Below are positions 60,993 through 64,000 of a stretch of DNA of 64,000 nucleotides, in pieces. Both the position numbers and the translations under genes were made by a program. Each line of letters starts with the position of its first letter. Positions within the stretch are counted from its first letter, which is position 1. This DNA is from Desulfatiglandales bacterium (GTDB taxonomy: Bacteria > Desulfobacterota > DSM-4660 > Desulfatiglandales > Desulfatiglandaceae), in the NCBI GenBank assembly GCA_963662465.1, contig OY759599.1:800001-864000 (forward strand), in the 5' to 3' direction. The notes under the pieces were generated by a model that worked only from the letters and a program-made list of their open reading frames with translations, was not told the origin of the DNA and did no database searches.

Positions 60993-62794
60993 TGGGTGGA
61001 AAAGACAAAAAAGGATGGGACCCCGCTACAAAAGCTTTTATGGAGGCTCTTCGTCTCCTGGAGGACGTCCCCATGCTTTCAGGATTGATGCGTCACGCCC
61101 ATGTGATGCGCAACCGGAGCATGCCCTACCCGCCGGGAAAATGGGCTTTGGGGACCTCCAACGGTGACATTTTCATCCATCCAACCCGCCGGGCCGAACC
61201 CACCGAATGGGTCTATATTATTGCCCATTGCCTGCTGCATCTGGGATTTGACCATTTCAGGGAACATGAACACTTTAATCTGTGGAATGCGGCCTGTGAC
61301 TGCTTTATCGCCCGTTTCCTGTTCCATCTAAAGCTCGGCAAACCGCCCGTTGAAATGGCAGGCGCCGTCTCATTTGCGGCCGGTTCCGAAGAGGCCCTTT
61401 ACCGGGAGTTTGCGGCACAGGGTGTGCCTTCCGAATTACAGGTTTTCAGCACAGCGGGTGCGGGCCATAACGACCTGATTCTGGAACCTGCCAAGAAGCG
61501 TTATTTTGGCGGGGACCCGGACTGGCAGAAACTTTTCAGCAGGGGTCTCTGCATGGCGGTTTCACAGGTGATCAGCGATGCCGCAAATGTTTATGACGAT
61601 GATCAGGGGGATGAAAAAGAACTGACCAAAGCCCAGAAAGCCAGAAGGTGGTTTATTTCCAGCTATCCGCTTCTGGGGTCTCTGTCCGCTGATTTCAGGC
61701 TTATTGAAGACCCGGTTCTGTGCGTCCGCATGAGGGTGAGCGTGGCCGCCGTGAACGCGGAATTAAAGGAAATCTATGTCAATCCCGCGGCTGCTCTGGA
61801 TGAGGCCCAATGCCGATTTGTTCTGGCCCATGAACTGTTGCACGTGGGGTTGAATCATCACTCACGAAGCGAAGGGCGGGATTTCTTCTTGTGGAATGTG
61901 GCCTGCGATTTCGTCATCAACGGGTGGCTTGTGGAAATGAACGTGGGCGACATGCCGGATCGCGGCACCTTGTATGACCCTGAACTGAAGGGGCTTTCCG
62001 CTGAAGCGGTGTACGACCGCATGGCGACGGACATGAGGCGGTTTCGAAAACTGACCACCCTGCGGGGGGTGGGCCTTGGGGATATGCTGGAAGGGGCTGG
62101 TTCCGCGTGGTGGCGGCGCGGGGATGGTATGACCCTGGATGAATTTTACCGCCGGTGTTTGGGGCAGGGACTGGTCTATCATCAAACCCACGAACGGGGA
62201 TATCTGCCGGCGGGCCTGGTTGAAGAAATCCGGGCCTTAAGCCAACCGCCCATCCCCTGGGATGTGGAACTGGCGCGCTGGTTTGATGTGCATTTTCTTC
62301 CCGTGGAAAAGGTTCGGTCTTATGCCAGGCAAAGCAGACGACAGTCCTCGACGCCGGATATTCCCAGACCCCGCTGGACGCTCATGCACGGGGCCATGGC
62401 GGGAAGAACATTCGGCGTTATTCTGGATACCTCCGGTTCCATGGATCGGAACCTTCTGGCCAAAGCCCTGGGCGCCATTTCCGGATACAGCATATCCAGA
62501 GATGTCCCCCGGGTTCGGGTGGTCTTTTGTGATGCCGTGGCCTATGATCAGGGGTATATGGCGCCCGAAGATATTGCCGAAAGCGTAAAGATCAGAGGCA
62601 GAGGCGGAACCGTGCTTCAACCGGCCGTCACCCTGCTTGAAAACGCGGCGGATTTCCCAAAGGACGGCCCCATCCTGATCATTACCGACGGATATTGCGA
62701 TCCCCTTCGAATAAGAAGAGAACACGCATTCGTGATTCCCAGGGGCCGGCGCCTGCCCTTTGCTCCCAGAGGGAAGGTGTTTTATATGGATTGA
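60989..62794 (+). CDS. DUF2201-type metallopeptidase + VWA protein (intact)
   Basis: AHELLH (HExxH), WNVACD..IN, MIDAS DTSGSM, GRGGT, ITDG; a degenerate N-terminal AHCLLH repeat. Confidence 0.88.
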   Translation: MMGGKDKKGWDPATKAFMEALRLLEDVPMLSGLMRHAHVMRNRSMPYPPGKWALGTSNGDIFIHPTRRAEPTEWVYIIAHCLLHLGFDHFREHEHFNLWNAACDCFIARFLFHLKLGKPPVEMAGAVSFAAGSEEALYREFAAQGVPSELQVFSTAGAGHNDLILEPAKKRYFGGDPDWQKLFSRGLCMAVSQVISDAANVYDDDQGDEKELTKAQKARRWFISSYPLLGSLSADFRLIEDPVLCVRMRVSVAAVNAELKEIYVNPAAALDEAQCRFVLAHELLHVGLNHHSRSEGRDFFLWNVACDFVINGWLVEMNVGDMPDRGTLYDPELKGLSAEAVYDRMATDMRRFRKLTTLRGVGLGDMLEGAGSAWWRRGDGMTLDEFYRRCLGQGLVYHQTHERGYLPAGLVEEIRALSQPPIPWDVELARWFDVHFLPVEKVRSYARQSRRQSSTPDIPRPRWTLMHGAMAGRTFGVILDTSGSMDRNLLAKALGAISGYSISRDVPRVRVVFCDAVAYDQGYMAPEDIAESVKIRGRGGTVLQPAVTLLENAADFPKDGPILIITDGYCDPLRIRREHAFVIPRGRRLPFAPRGKVFYMD

Positions 62795-62856
62795 GGGGGG
62801 GCTTCCTTCTTAAACCAAACCACATGAAGTCACAGTTGGCTGCTTCCAAACGCCGG

Positions 62857-63324
62857 CTATTTTAAACGGGGGTCAAAGGACACGGAATACGGACCGTCAA
62901 TAAAGAGCCTTTCAAAATAAGGGTGTTTGGGATTGATGAGAAAGGTTTTTTCAACGGGGTTCAAGGTGCTGGGAACTTCCAAAATTAAAGACGACATCTC
63001 TTCCGACCATTTATCTCCGATCCGTTTTGTTGATGATGACGCAGGATAGTTATTCCAGTTGGCAGGGAGGTTTTCCCGGGGGAGTTTAAGAATCAGATCC
63101 ATCGGCGCTTCCACCTGAAAGAACACATAGGAAAGCCCAAGCATGCGCTCATCCAGATGAACCAGCATTTCAAGCATAGCCAGGGAAAGCGACTCGGCCG
63201 CGTAGACCATGGGGAACAAGGCTGAATTCCAGCGTCCCGGGTTCTGCTTCGCACCCATTCCGTTAAAAGCCGCCGCAGGTGTGCTTCCAAACTTCCTTTT
63301 ACAGATGCGGTAGAGCTTTTTCAA
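62857..63324 (-). CDS. RES-domain toxin
   Basis: LYRI, GRWN, VYAAESLSLAMLEMLVH, VPS, LINPKHP, FDPRL. Confidence 0.92.
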   Translation of the reverse strand: MKKLYRICKRKFGSTPAAAFNGMGAKQNPGRWNSALFPMVYAAESLSLAMLEMLVHLDERMLGLSYVFFQVEAPMDLILKLPRENLPANWNNYPASSSTKRIGDKWSEEMSSLILEVPSTLNPVEKTFLINPKHPYFERLFIDGPYSVSFDPRLK

Positions 63325-63749
63325 CTAAACACCCCATGTTCCAGACGTCCGATCAGGGTCATGACCTCATGAGCACCCGGCTCCGTATCCGCATATTCGA
63401 GCGGCGTTTTTCCGCAAAGTGCGGGTGCAGGTTGAGCCAGCCATGCCTTTGCCATGTCGATATTCCCTTCCATGAGGTCAATTGCCCGATCTACGATCCT
63501 GCCGATGCGAAGCAACCGTTCCGATTCATCACTCTGAAACTTATGTTCTTTTTTCCGTCGAGATAATGTTCGATGATTCACGTTGATGGCCTGGGCTAGT
63601 TTTTTTTGCGGGATATCCACCGCTTTCTGCAAGGCCTCAAATGAGCTGTAAGGCAGGCCATGCTTGATTTGATGGATAATAGCGTCCAGATTATCCGCTC
63701 TTACCCCCAGTGAATGACTTCCATAGTCCGTCATTTCTTTATTCAACAT
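63321..63749 (-). CDS. Xre/MbcA/ParS-type antitoxin
   Basis: RTLSRRK..ESERLLR, AKAWL..PAPAL.G.TPL, LIGRLEHGVFS; AGGAGG RBS before 63749. Confidence 0.92.
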   Translation of the reverse strand: MLNKEMTDYGSHSLGVRADNLDAIIHQIKHGLPYSSFEALQKAVDIPQKKLAQAINVNHRTLSRRKKEHKFQSDESERLLRIGRIVDRAIDLMEGNIDMAKAWLAQPAPALCGKTPLEYADTEPGAHEVMTLIGRLEHGVFS

Positions 63750-63764
63750 TATGCACCTCCTGTC

Positions 63765-63800
63765 GTCATATGACAAAGGTAGCATCGCCATGTGGCGATG
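63765..63800. promoter_or_regulatory. Two palindromes in the RES-Xre promoter (putative operators)
   Basis: GTCATATGAC and CATCGCCA-TG-TGGCGATG. Confidence 0.5.
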
Positions 63801-64000
63801 TCAATGGGATGTTACATACAGAACCCGGTCCGCCTCTTTGATATACGCTTCTGCGCTTTGGGCTAAAATTAACGGATTGGCGGATTGGGAACCACCGTTG
63901 GTTCGGATTGAAGGGCCGAGGGCGCGACTCCCTCAATGGGAGGGAATCGTTGCTTTAAAGCGGTTCAGGGTATACCCGCTTTCTTCATCTGCTTCTAATA

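Overview
Bacterial chromosomal window. Gene content (rubrerythrin, a selenoprotein, a Mo-oxidoreductase, a folate-independent Met synthase-like gene, large PAS kinases) suggests an anaerobic Desulfobacterota-like organism; this is inference only. Three zones are visible. (1) 1-11 kb: a minus-strand signalling operon of V4R protein, hybrid kinase, a 1596-aa triple periplasmic-binding/multi-PAS sensor with no catalytic output, and a stressosome module (RsbR-S-T-X plus a downstream RsbT-like protein). (2) 11-26 kb: mixed accessory and metabolic genes, including a UGA-containing peroxiredoxin-like selenoprotein that the ORF track splits. (3) 26-64 kb: a heavily eroded conflict/RNA-repair island. 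It holds Hen1-Pnkp-Thg1 followed by an AddB-like nuclease and an IS-interrupted UvrD helicase, two RtcB-PrfH modules, a WYL regulator divergent from a double-AAA ATPase, MNT-HEPN, Fic/Doc, RES-Xre, a type I RM remnant and a MoxR-AAA/metallopeptidase-VWA pair. A 19-bp motif (TGTGAC-N7-GYCACA-like) recurs in the island's intergenic regions and may be a WYL operator. Many genes are deletion scars, and parts of the island exist as collapsed duplicates at 28-36 kb. No rRNA, tRNA or CRISPR array was recognised. All family calls rest on motif recognition by eye, with no database searches, and junction coordinates are approximate to a few bases.
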